From contig CAWIIP010000005.1 in NCBI GenBank assembly GCA_963836235.1, forward strand, positions 192,001-256,000: a DNA stretch of 64,000 nucleotides. Direction: 5' to 3'. The position numbers and the translations under genes were made by a program. A model generated the notes under the pieces. The model did not search any database and was not told the origin of the DNA. It worked only from the letters and a program-made list of their open reading frames with translations. The stretch's first letter is position 1. Every line of letters starts with the position of its first letter. Shown one piece after another: positions 37,461 through 47,300 of the stretch. The stretch comes from an uncultured Pseudomonadota bacterium (GTDB lineage Bacteria > Oederibacteriota > Muellerivitia > Muellerivitales > Muellerivitaceae).

Positions 37461-38036
37461 CTATTTGGACAAAGTTTTCTCGATACGCCTATCCGGCACC
37501 AGCCACATCAAGGCCACCGCCACATACAAGGCGTAGGCCAGCCAATAGTTCCAAAAACAAAGTAGTAAGGCGACGACGTAAATGACGATGGAAATCTTGC
37601 CCTTGAAATCGCTCCCCAAAGCGGTGGCCAGCGTGGAGTTTTGGCCGGGGTGCGCCAGGAGGGCCCGGACCAGGATATAGTAGGCGATGGCCGAAAAAAG
37701 AAGGTCAAATCCGTAAATCGCCACCGGCCAGGCCGCGAAGCTGTCAACCCCGATCCATCGGGTGGCAAAGGGAATCAGCGAGAGCCAAAACAACAAGTGC
37801 AAATTCGCCCAAAGAGTGGGCCCATTGACCGTCTTGACGGCTTGCATCAGGTGATGATGGTTGCTCCAATAGATGCCCACGAAGATGAAACTCAGGGCGT
37901 AGCTGACGAAGTCGGGGATCAGGGGTTTCAAGTCCGCCAGGCCCGTTCCGTCGGGCACTTTCAGTTCCAGGACCATGATGGTGATGATGATGGCCATCAC
38001 CCCGTCGCTGAAAGCCTCCAGCCTTCCCTTGTTCAT
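37461..38036 (-). CDS. TMEM175 (DUF1211) potassium channel
   Basis: RLEAFSDGVMAIIITIMVLEL, YWSNHH, LIPFAT. Confidence 0.92.
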   Translation of the reverse strand: MNKGRLEAFSDGVMAIIITIMVLELKVPDGTGLADLKPLIPDFVSYALSFIFVGIYWSNHHHLMQAVKTVNGPTLWANLHLLFWLSLIPFATRWIGVDSFAAWPVAIYGFDLLFSAIAYYILVRALLAHPGQNSTLATALGSDFKGKISIVIYVVALLLCFWNYWLAYALYVAVALMWLVPDRRIEKTLSK

Positions 38037-38082
38037 GGATGTCCTCTTTTTAGTTTCAGAATGTGAAATGCGAGGTCGGTCC

Positions 38083-39042
38083 TTATCCCCCTGGAGGGAA
38101 CAAAACTAGGACGATCGTACCCAGGGCGGCGAGGGTTCCCAACAAACCGAAAAGGATATCCCATCCCCGGTTTCCCTGTCTTTCCCACTGGGCCTTGCAG
38201 AGAAAACCCAACAGAGCCCCGCAGGCGAAACCCGATCCATGCGCCGCGTTATCTGCCCCGATCATGAACCCGAAACCCATCGTGTAAAGGCCCCACATCA
38301 CCATTTGGTCGCGGACGGCCTTCCCCATCCGAGTTCCGTCCCGCTGTCCCCATCCCGCCGCCAAGCCGATTAGGCCCATCAGCGCTCCCGAAGCCCCGAT
38401 CCCCACGCCTCTCAAGCCTATCATTTCGCTTCCCAAACCCGCCACCATCCCGGTGAGCATGAAGAAAAACACCATCCGTCCCCGGCCGAATATCTGCTCG
38501 ATTTGGGGGCCGATCTGTTGGAGGGCGATCAGGTTGAAAAGAATGTGCCAAAGGCCCGCGTGAAGGAAAATATAGGTCGAAAGCCGCCACCACTCCCCTT
38601 CCATGACGGACGGGGGAAAATTGCCGCCGAAACGCACCAGTGTATCCGCGTCCAAGTTCAGCAGTCCAAATCCCCCCTGCGCCATCGCGACGCGGACATA
38701 GCAGAGGATAATCCCCGCGCTCAACAAAAAGCTGACGGAAGCCGGATGAAAACCGACAATGCCCAGCCGTCCCAAGACCTCCCAAAACCGGGGGGCCATG
38801 GCCTTGCCGCAATAAAAGCAAACCTTGTTGGTCCTATCCTGAAGGCTGTGGCAGTGGGGACAAATCCGGTGTTGGTAACCGATATGCTGGGCTGTGGACC
38901 GGCCCCGATTGAGTCGGTTCGACCAACCTTCCTTCAGGCCCATCAATTTCCATCGGAACTTGACGGGGTTCGCTCCCAAGGCACCCGCGATCCGGGTGAG
39001 GACGTCAATCCAATCTTTTGAGTTTTCTCCGGGGTTTGGCAT
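38083..39042 (-). CDS. Rhomboid intramembrane serine protease with N-terminal Zn-ribbon
   Basis: CPHC..CFYC; WWRL..FLHAGLWHILFN; GASG; DNAAHGSG. Confidence 0.9.
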   Translation of the reverse strand: MPNPGENSKDWIDVLTRIAGALGANPVKFRWKLMGLKEGWSNRLNRGRSTAQHIGYQHRICPHCHSLQDRTNKVCFYCGKAMAPRFWEVLGRLGIVGFHPASVSFLLSAGIILCYVRVAMAQGGFGLLNLDADTLVRFGGNFPPSVMEGEWWRLSTYIFLHAGLWHILFNLIALQQIGPQIEQIFGRGRMVFFFMLTGMVAGLGSEMIGLRGVGIGASGALMGLIGLAAGWGQRDGTRMGKAVRDQMVMWGLYTMGFGFMIGADNAAHGSGFACGALLGFLCKAQWERQGNRGWDILFGLLGTLAALGTIVLVLFPPGG

Positions 39043-39181
39043 AGGTCCCCATCATAAATCAGGCGGGGGCCCTGGGATACCGGACGCTGAAAGAATTTGA
39101 GGGACAAACCCTAATACTTAATCCGAGAAAGGATCCAGGGTTTTGATGCCTGATGAAAACTTCCACCCCTGCGCCCCAGAA

Positions 39182-39430
39182 TCAGTTTTGAATTTGCCCC
39201 TGAGATGGCGGGACCATGAAAGCTTTCGCTTTTTGGTATTCGGCGTCAAATCCCTCGATCAATTCGGGATAGACGACTACTCTTTCGATCCTGGATTTTT
39301 CGTTTTTAATCCGGACGTCCTCGATCAATAAATAACGCCCCGACCGGGGGGAATCCTTGACGGTAAACCGATATTCCCCGCTTTTCACCTTGATCGCCGA
39401 CTCGTAAACCGTCTTGTTTTCCGATTCCAT
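39182..39430 (-). CDS. PUR-repeat / DUF3276-like nucleic-acid-binding protein
   Basis: YRFTVKDS..GRYLLIEDV...RVVVYPELIEGF fits the beta-beta-beta-beta-alpha PUR pattern. Confidence 0.55.
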   Translation of the reverse strand: MESENKTVYESAIKVKSGEYRFTVKDSPRSGRYLLIEDVRIKNEKSRIERVVVYPELIEGFDAEYQKAKAFMVPPSQGQIQN

Positions 39431-39498
39431 GGCCCCCCCTGAAAGGATGCGGTATCGGTCCGTCGGGAACTTGGACGAATCGATTTCCTTTTATGATT

Positions 39499-39657
39499 TT
39501 AGGCTTTATTTGTTTCCGGCGCCTTTTTCACCACGGCGGCCATTTTTGCCATCGCTTCCACCAGGGCGGAGCCAGTCAAATGGCGGGTCTTCTTCCGTTG
39601 AATCCGCTTCACCGTAAATTCCGTCTTGGCCTTTTTGGGCCCTTTTTGCTTTGTCAT
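39499..39657 (-). CDS. Small basic hypothetical protein
   Basis: 52 aa, Lys/Arg-rich; GGAG RBS. Confidence 0.4.
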   Translation of the reverse strand: MTKQKGPKKAKTEFTVKRIQRKKTRHLTGSALVEAMAKMAAVVKKAPETNKA

Positions 39658-39863
39658 TTTCAACTCCCGTTTAAAAAATTGAGGCAACGTCCCATCTTAT
39701 GGGGGGCCACTCCCAATTGATACCTGGCAGGAAAATATAGTTGGTCTTTCCAAACCTCCATTTATCCTTTTCATTCGGGAGGCGGCACTGACGCTAAATG
39801 AAAAATGGAAGCGGTAAAATTGACCGGTCAGAAAATAATTTAGGTCCGGCCGGACGCTGGTCC

Positions 39864-40697
39864 CTACCGTTTAATGACGTCGAACAAACTCAGGGTCTGG
39901 TAACCGGCAGGAGGATCGAAAGTCCTCGGATTGAATTTTCGGGAACGAACACGGAGGATTTGGAACCGGCAGGAAGGCTTTCCCCCTGCGTAAAGGATCG
40001 CGAGGACCGGTAATTGTGGCTGGGAAATCCCCTCTTGAAAATCAGTCGTATCCACTCCCCATTGGGTCAATTCCCCGCTACAAAGATCCACCACAAGATG
40101 AACCAGGCTGCGCAAAGTGTCGTAGTCTTCTTCGCTCATGCCCGCTTTCTCAGGGGAAGTCACCCATACTTCGCGGGCCCTTACCCCATTCAAATCAGTA
40201 CGGTACCCGTCACAGGTAAAACCGGTTTTTTGGATTCCCTTCTCCTTAAGGACCGGAATCCCGTTGAAAAAAGCCCGTGCGTTTTCCTGGGCCATTTCAT
40301 AGGCCTTCTGGGCGCTTTCCCGCGACCCGGCGATTTCAGCCTGAAGCCTATCGGCGGCGATGGCGCCCATCAATTTGAGGACGGTCTGGTTGTTCTGTGT
40401 GAGCGGCAAAATGGTTTTGTGGAGGTCGTCCACCACCGTCACCAAAGAGTTTTCCCGGTCGTAAATCAGGGACCCATGGGACCATGGCCCCTGGAAATCC
40501 AGCCGCAATTGCCCCTCGCCGATGGCGGCTTCCACATCCACCCAGGCGTCTTTATAGGTATAGCTTTCCAGGTGGGCTCTCACGCCGACGCCAGCCCAAA
40601 GGGGCGAAATCCAGCAGGAATACAGGAGGAAGAGAGTGGTTATTCGCGGGGCTTTATTCACGGCGTCATCATACCGGCGTTCCGAAAGGTGGATCAA
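39864..40697 (-). CDS. Exported hypothetical protein (DUF4412-like)
   Basis: Signal-like segment; TGFTCDGY..EVWVT and C-terminal FDPPAGYQ. Confidence 0.6.
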   Translation of the reverse strand: MIHLSERRYDDAVNKAPRITTLFLLYSCWISPLWAGVGVRAHLESYTYKDAWVDVEAAIGEGQLRLDFQGPWSHGSLIYDRENSLVTVVDDLHKTILPLTQNNQTVLKLMGAIAADRLQAEIAGSRESAQKAYEMAQENARAFFNGIPVLKEKGIQKTGFTCDGYRTDLNGVRAREVWVTSPEKAGMSEEDYDTLRSLVHLVVDLCSGELTQWGVDTTDFQEGISQPQLPVLAILYAGGKPSCRFQILRVRSRKFNPRTFDPPAGYQTLSLFDVIKR

Positions 40698-41025
40698 GAG
40701 AAGTCCCTAGTGGTTCCTACAAAACTGTAACACGATTCTTCAGAACCTCATCCAGCTTTTTTGAACCCCCCCTACTTTTTTCAGAAAAAAAGCCTGTCTC
40801 GGATTTTTTGGGCCATTTTCCAAGTTGGTACGACTGTTGCATTACAAAAGTAAGTCGTCGTTGAATGAACAAAAGGTAAAAGGGCGCTTGGCGGGGAAAG
40901 CGGTGAGCGCGGTTAAAACGCTGACAACTCATTTGAACTAAAAAATTACAATTGAGAACCATTGATTCACGCGTGCAACCGCGTTCTTCGCTATTTCAAT
41001 CCTTGCGCTTAGGGAGGGGCTGTCG

Positions 41026-41145
41026 ATGAAAAAATCTTATTGGAATTCATGGCCCGGTTTCTTGGCTCAAATGGTCTCCTTTGCCGTTCTCGGCGTTCTC
41101 ATCGCCTTGGCGGTGAAAAACATTCAATATCTCCTGGGAGGTTGA
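41026..41145 (+). CDS. 39-aa single-TM small protein
   Basis: MKKSYWNSWPGFLAQMVSFAVLGVLIALAVKNIQYLLGG*, RBS GGGAGGGG; below the ORF-track cutoff. Confidence 0.5.
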   Translation: MKKSYWNSWPGFLAQMVSFAVLGVLIALAVKNIQYLLGG

Positions 41146-41554
41146 AGTTGGTGGAACTCTCATACCGTTACCTTAAAAACCTATTCGACTTGCGTCATAC
41201 CTTTCCGATCAAGCGTCTGGTTTGGTCCCTGGAAACCCGGCTGCAATGGTCGGTGGAGTCCTTTTTGAGGACGATAGGGGCTGGCAAGTAGGCTTGATCC
41301 CCGGCTGACCGCTTAAGAAGAGGGGGGAATCGGGCCGCCTTTCGGCGGGATGGACGAGGGACGCAACATCCCCGCCTTCCCGCTTTTTTATGCCCGAATC
41401 GCCTCAACTTACCCATCCCCTTTTTAACTAAGATAAATGACTTTCTTTTGTCCTTTTTCTGAAAAAATTTTATTTGGACTGTCGGTTGACTAAAATAACC
41501 GTTAAAATTGACCTGAATCTTCTACACATTATTGCCATTTACCGGGAGGGGGTC

Positions 41555-42013
41555 ATGTCCTCTGGAGACGCTTCCGAAAAATTCTTGGACGATATCCACC
41601 GTTTAAGGGAATGCCTGCAGGGAACCTTCTTCCTCGACCGGTTGAAAATGACGGAGCTGGAAAAGCTCATGTCTGCCATGAAAAAACAGCATTTCCCTCC
41701 GGGTTTTACCGTCTTCAAGCAGGGGGATAAGGGGGAGACTTTTTACCTAGTTTCCAAGGGCCGGCTTTCCTTCTGGGTCCGCAAAGGGCTGATGGAAAAG
41801 AAGGTCACCGAACTTTTTCCAAAGGACTTCTTCGGGGAAACCGCCTTGATCAGCGACAATCCCCGTTCGGCCACCGTGAAGACCGAAACGGAGTGCGACC
41901 TGTTTCTTTTAAATAAGGCGGATTTCAAGGAGATCCTCATGGCCAATCTTTGGATCGCCGAGGAAATCCGATCCCACATGGCCCAAAAAAATCGAATCAA
42001 GAAAAAATCGTAA
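41555..42013 (+). CDS. Cyclic-nucleotide-binding domain protein
   Basis: FKQGDKGETFYLV..G, FFGETALI..PRSATV. Confidence 0.9.
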   Translation: MSSGDASEKFLDDIHRLRECLQGTFFLDRLKMTELEKLMSAMKKQHFPPGFTVFKQGDKGETFYLVSKGRLSFWVRKGLMEKKVTELFPKDFFGETALISDNPRSATVKTETECDLFLLNKADFKEILMANLWIAEEIRSHMAQKNRIKKKS

Positions 42014-42147
42014 ATTCCAATCTGCTTCCGTGGAATCTTTTAACGTGAAATAGTAATTTCTCTTTTTTCTTTAGTTTACCCGCACAATGATTCTCCGTTG
42101 TGTTAGATTCCCCTGGTTGTTTTTCAGGTTTTCAGAAAGGTGAACTG

Positions 42148-42429
42148 ATGAACTCTTGGGAAATCGTGGCAGAACAGGAAAAAGCCTTTTCAGGATTCCA
42201 ATACAGGCTGGTTCTGTTGCGCAGCCAAAAATCCACCGAACCCTATAAAGTTTATGGATTGGAAAGAGTCTCTTCCTTTTGGGACTTGGTGGACAAGTTT
42301 TACCTCGCCGGAACGAACGGTGCCGAGGAACTGGATTGGGCCTTTGAGCAAGCCTGGCCGCTTTTCAACACCCGCAGGTCGGAGCTGGGACACCTGAACT
42401 TATTTAACTTCCCCCCAAAAAATTCATAA
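42148..42429 (+). CDS. Hypothetical protein
   Basis: 93-aa ORF with AAGGTG RBS. Confidence 0.5.
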   Translation: MNSWEIVAEQEKAFSGFQYRLVLLRSQKSTEPYKVYGLERVSSFWDLVDKFYLAGTNGAEELDWAFEQAWPLFNTRRSELGHLNLFNFPPKNS

Positions 42430-42535
42430 CCAGCCGTTAAAATTCGGCCGGCCCAGGTTTAAAAAAATCGTTGATGCTTCAATGGCCCCTCACCATCTGT
42501 TTCAAGCTCTAGGTGCGCCTCTACAGCCATCAGCG

Positions 42536-43888
42536 TTAGGATTGGGCCAGCCGGGCCCGGACATAAGCGATGTTTTCTTTCAAGCTGTAGAGCATGGGGA
42601 TATAGTTTGAGGATACCCTCACCCGGTTGGTTCGATCTTCCAGGTGTTTCAATCGGGTTAAAATCTCTTCCGTCGGGGGACGGCTGCCCAGCTTGTTGAT
42701 CTCCGTCTCCAACCAATGAAGCTCGCCGTAGATCAGGAAAATCCTCCGTTGCATGCCCCAGCCGTACAGGGACGCCAGCCCCTTTCCCAGGGGATAAAGA
42801 AGGCCCAAGAGGGGAATCACCAAAACTGCGGCCTGTTCCACCATGGCAGCCAACCAGAAAGGCATGTAGCGCTGGAGAAAAGGTCGGCCCGATTTGTAAA
42901 AATGCCTCGCGTCGGAACCCAGCTCGATCTCCAGCGCCTCCGCCGCCGGAAACTCGCCGGCTTTCTGGAAAATTCCAGCGTGCGAGTGGATTTGGGAGGC
43001 GGTCTCCAGCAACAAATATTGAAGGGCCGGGTGCAGATCGCCCCGGACAATGAGGCTGGTCTTGGTGGCCAGCAGGGTCGTGTCATGGGGCGGACGGTTA
43101 TGCGCCAAATCCCCCACACCCGCTGGAAGCACCCTTTTGTACAGGGAGGGGAAGAGGGCCACATAGGCGTCGGCCCGTGAAAAATTGGCCACGTCAATGC
43201 CCGGGGCGGCGATCAATTGCCGGATGACCGGGGAACCCCAGCTGGTCATGAGGATCGCCGCGTCAATCTTGCCTTGAAGCAATTCGGCCGTAGCCTCCTC
43301 CGGTTCCAGGCCCAAGGGCTGGAAATTCTCTATCTTCAACGAACTGCGTTTGAGAAGTTCCTCCACCAGCGCCCGGGTGTCGCTTCCCTCCGGCCCCACC
43401 GAGACTCGTTTCCCCTGTAGGGCGAACAAGATCCGGTCCGTGACGATTTTGCGGGAAAAGAACCAAACGGGTTCATAGCCTAGAGTCCCCAGAGAGACCA
43501 GCGCGGGCGAGTCGGTGTCGGCGGCCACTCCCCCTTCCACGAAACCCAGCTGAACCCCCGACTTTGGATCACGGAGCAGATTCAAATTTTCGACTCCACC
43601 CGCCGTAGGCTTCAACACCAGGTCGATCCCCTCTTTCGCCAGAAGGATCTTGTAGCGTTTTCCCCAATAGGCATAGGTGCTTCCATCCGGGCCCGTGGCC
43701 ATGGTGATGGTGTGGGGCGGTAGCGGATGGGTCGTGGAGATCAACCAGACAGCTCCTATCACGAGTAGAAGCAATGAAATCAGGATAATCCTCAAGGTTT
43801 TGCGGGAAAATAACGAACCGGCCCCGGAGCCCATCCCCAAGGGGGCATTGGCGCTTCCATCCCTTTTGTGATTTGATTGATTGGCCAT
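42536..43888 (-). CDS. TAXI-family TRAP solute receptor, membrane-anchored
   Basis: MATGPDGSTY, TAGGVENL, YEPVWFF, GPEGSDTR, LHPALQ; N- and C-terminal TMs. Confidence 0.85.
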   Translation of the reverse strand: MANQSNHKRDGSANAPLGMGSGAGSLFSRKTLRIILISLLLLVIGAVWLISTTHPLPPHTITMATGPDGSTYAYWGKRYKILLAKEGIDLVLKPTAGGVENLNLLRDPKSGVQLGFVEGGVAADTDSPALVSLGTLGYEPVWFFSRKIVTDRILFALQGKRVSVGPEGSDTRALVEELLKRSSLKIENFQPLGLEPEEATAELLQGKIDAAILMTSWGSPVIRQLIAAPGIDVANFSRADAYVALFPSLYKRVLPAGVGDLAHNRPPHDTTLLATKTSLIVRGDLHPALQYLLLETASQIHSHAGIFQKAGEFPAAEALEIELGSDARHFYKSGRPFLQRYMPFWLAAMVEQAAVLVIPLLGLLYPLGKGLASLYGWGMQRRIFLIYGELHWLETEINKLGSRPPTEEILTRLKHLEDRTNRVRVSSNYIPMLYSLKENIAYVRARLAQS

Positions 43889-44068
43889 GAACTCTCCTTT
43901 TTGAATTGGAACTATCTTGATCCCTTTTCCCGCCCCGCAGGCATCTCGTAAACGGGCTTCATTTTAACAGATGTTGAATAAGTCGTCCCGCCGAATGAAA
44001 TTGGAAAGGTTGGTCATGGAAATGTTGTAAATTCCCCGGGTCTCTTTTACGATGCGTCGCAGGTAAAA

Positions 44069-44142
44069 GTGCCCATAGCTCAATTGGATAGAGCTTCTGA
44101 CTTCGGATCAGAAAGTTAGGAGAAGAAGTCTTCTTGAGAAAG
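44069..44142 (+). pseudogene. Degenerate tRNA-Arg(TCG)
   Basis: GTGCCCA TA GCTC AATTGGATA GAGC T TCTGA CTTCGGA TCAGA gives intact D and anticodon arms (TCG at 44103-05). The T-loop reads AAGAAGT rather than TTCGANT, and the 3' acceptor strand TGAGAAA does not pair. Confidence 0.75.
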
Positions 44143-44230
44143 GCATCTTAAAAAACTAGTCCCCAGCACATTATCAAAGGCCTTTGCCTGTAAGGGTTTT
44201 ATGACCCGATCAAGCGGAGGCCTTTTTTGT

Positions 44231-44304
44231 TGGTGACGGTCGAGAACATTTGGCGACGGTCAAAACCCGATTTTGATGGTCGAGTTTGACACGCATATGA
44301 CACG
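44231..44304. repeat. Phased short direct repeats near the tRNA remnant
   Basis: tggtGACGGTCgag / tggcGACGGTCaaa / ttttGATGGTCgag at a 20-bp period (44231, 44251, 44271), and TGACACG twice (44287, 44298). Confidence 0.55.
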
Positions 44305-44317
44305 GGAGCCACTTTGA

Positions 44318-47300
44318 CTATCGAATGATAGCGATTTTTCCTACTTTAGTTTCCTGGGATGCACCGTTATGCACCCGTAGTACAAAAAGATAGAGACCGC
44401 TGGCTACCGGCTGACTCCCGTTGTTTTGGAGATTCCAAACTATTGTGTTCAATCCCGCTGATCCCTCCGTCTCAGTACCGTAAACCTGTTCGCCGCTCAC
44501 CGTGAAGATGGCTAGGGAGACCTTGGCTTGACTAGTTAAATAAGTTAATAATCGGATGGGCTGTTGGCCATTAGTTATATTTGGTGCGGCTACGACCGAT
44601 GCCAGCAATGGTGGGATGGGTGTTGGCGTTAACGTTGGATTTCCATTCATCCTAGCGAGGTCAGCCACTATAGCTCCTTGGCCGCCGCTGGGCGTGCAGG
44701 TTGCCAGGGGGCGGCAGGAAGGCGGAATGCCGCCCGAGGCCGTCACTAGGTTTCCTTTTAGGTAAATGGCGTAATGAGAATTAGTTGAATATGTCGAAGC
44801 CATCACGCAAGGGCTATACCAATAGGAAGTTCCCGGCACAAAAGGCTGGTTGTCGGAGCGGTTAACCAGAGTCTGAAGACCCACCCAGCTTGTCCCGCCG
44901 CTTAAAACCGTGTTGTCCGTCGTTGAAACCGTCATTTCCCAATTGGCCATTTGGGTGGTACTGGGGCCGCAGGCCGGGGAGAAATTCAAGGCGGATATCG
45001 TCGTGCCCGTAACGTTGTGGGAACAGGTTGGGTTCCAGATACAACCTCCTGTGCTGATAGACCCTACCAGGCTTACCCCCGATGTGTCGTAGGGCCAGAA
45101 CTTGATGGTGAGGTCCGAAAGCGTCACCGCCGCCCCGTTGTTGACGACGGCGAAAAGGTGGTAGACCGAATTGGACCCGCAGGAACTCGTATATTCTTCC
45201 AGCAGGGCCAAGGCCGAGGTGTTCGTCCCGCAGGCGGTCGTGGGGGAGGGTGTCGGGGTAATCGTCGGTGTGTAGGTCTTCGTTACGGTGAAAGTCTTGG
45301 TTGCGGTATTCGTAAGCGTCGCCGTCTTGGTCGAAGTGCCCGTGACGGTGAAAGTCGATGTCTTCGTGGGCGAATTGGCCGGTGTTGGAGTTTTGGTGGC
45401 GGTTTTGGTTTCGGTCCGGGTAGGTGTTTGGCTTGGGGTCAATGAAGCGGTCGAAGTCCTTGTGTTGGTGGGGGAAAGGGTTGGGGAGGCTGTTGGAGAA
45501 TTCGTCGCCGTATTTGTAGTTGTCTTTGTTGTGGTATTAGTAGCGTTATTAGTGGGAGTGTAAATGACTGTTTTTGTTGGCGTAGAAGTGGCTGTGTTGG
45601 TGGGGGTATTGGTCCCCGTGCTAGTGGCGGTATTCGTCGAGGTATTCGTTGTCGTGTTAGTCGGGGTGCTTGTGGTCGTTTTGGTTGGCGTATTCGTAGT
45701 TGTTTTCGTAGTGGTATAAGTCGCTGTGTTCGTTGACGTTTTGGTGGTGGTACTAGTCGGTGTGTCGGTGGTTGTGTTGGTGGGTGTATTCGTAGTTGTA
45801 TAAGTCGCAGTATTCGTGAGTGTGTTGGTCGCCGTATTGGTAGTCGTGTAAGTCGCCGAGTTGGTGGCTGTATTAGTTGGCGTATTCGTGCCGGTGAAAG
45901 TGGTGGTGTTCGTCGGTGTTTGAGTAGGCGTTTCCGTGCCCGTATTGGTTGGGGTAAAGGTCGCTGTCAATGAAGGGGTAAAAGTGTAGGTTCCCGTGAG
46001 AGTCAAAGTATAGGTCGGCGTCGGTGTGGGATAGGGCGCCTGTCCACAAGAGCCTAACCGTTCAATATTATTGAGATCATCCGCCGCCGCATAAAAGGTT
46101 CCATCCTGCGGCGCGGCCACGCCGCCCGGTGAGGCGACGCCACTGATCACGCCCACTTCATTACCTGACAAATCGCTTATCCCTAAGCCACTTCCCTGAG
46201 TCGCCACACAAACACGATTCGCGGTACTATCCACCGACAGGAAGACCGGATTGGGTAGCCAGGAACTCGTGTTCCATTGGTTGAGGAAGTTCCCACTTCC
46301 GTCGAAAACCTCGATCAAGCTGGGATTAAAGCTTTCCACGTAAACCCGTCCTTGGTTGTCCAAGGCCAGGCCCGTTGCATAATCGAATGTCCCGTTTCCG
46401 TCATCCCCGGCTGTCCCCCATTGGGTCACCGGAACTCCTTGGCCATTGAAAACCTCAACTCGGTTGTTTGCTTCATCCGCCACATAAACCGTTGTTCCGG
46501 CCGAATTCACCGCTATCCCCCAGGGAGCCTGGAACTGACCTATCCCGTTTCCGCTTCCCCCCCATTGGGTGATGGGGTTGCCCGCAGTATCGAAAACATA
46601 AACCATATCGTCTTCATAATCGGTCATGTAAAGATGGTCGTTACCATCGATCGCCAGTCCCATGGGGTAAATAAATGGGTTCTGGCCGTTGGAGGGTGGG
46701 CCCCACTGGGTGACGGCATTCCCGTGGGGGTCGAAAATATCCACTTGGTTGTTGTCAACGTCCGCCGCGTAGAGGTTGCCTTGGGTATCCAGCGCCAGCC
46801 CGTCGATAGACCCGTCCGTTGACGAGGAAGAGACTACGTTGCAATAAATAGACACGGGTGGAGGTAACGGCGTAAGAGTCGGAATCAATATAGGCGTTAG
46901 GGTAGGGGTCGGTGTGGGATAGGGCGTCTGGGAACAAGGGCCTAAACGTTCAATAACCCCCAGATTGTTCGCACCGACCCAAAGCGTTCCATCCTGTGGG
47001 GCGGCCACGCCGCCCGGTGAAACGATACCGCTGACCACGCCCACTTCGTTTCCCGACAAGTCGCTGATGCCCAAAACGTTCTGGGCCTCTATGTAAACCT
47101 GATTCGCCGTGCTATCCACCGCCAGCATGACAGGGTTGGGTGCCCAAGACCCTGTGTTCCATTGGTCGAGGAAGTTTCCGCTTCCGTCAAACACCTCGAT
47201 CCAATTAGGATTATAGCTGGCCACGTAAATCCGGCCCTGGTTATCCAAAGTTAATCCCGTCATGTAGTCGAAGGTTCCCCCGCCCGCGTCCCCATAGGTT

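Noticed and set aside
41330-41392. c-di-GMP-I riboswitch (GGGACGCAA)
   Set aside because: The GGCAAA and GAAA-tetraloop elements are missing on the same strand.
44069-44142. Functional tRNA-Arg
   Set aside because: The T-loop and acceptor stem are broken, so it is annotated as a pseudogene.
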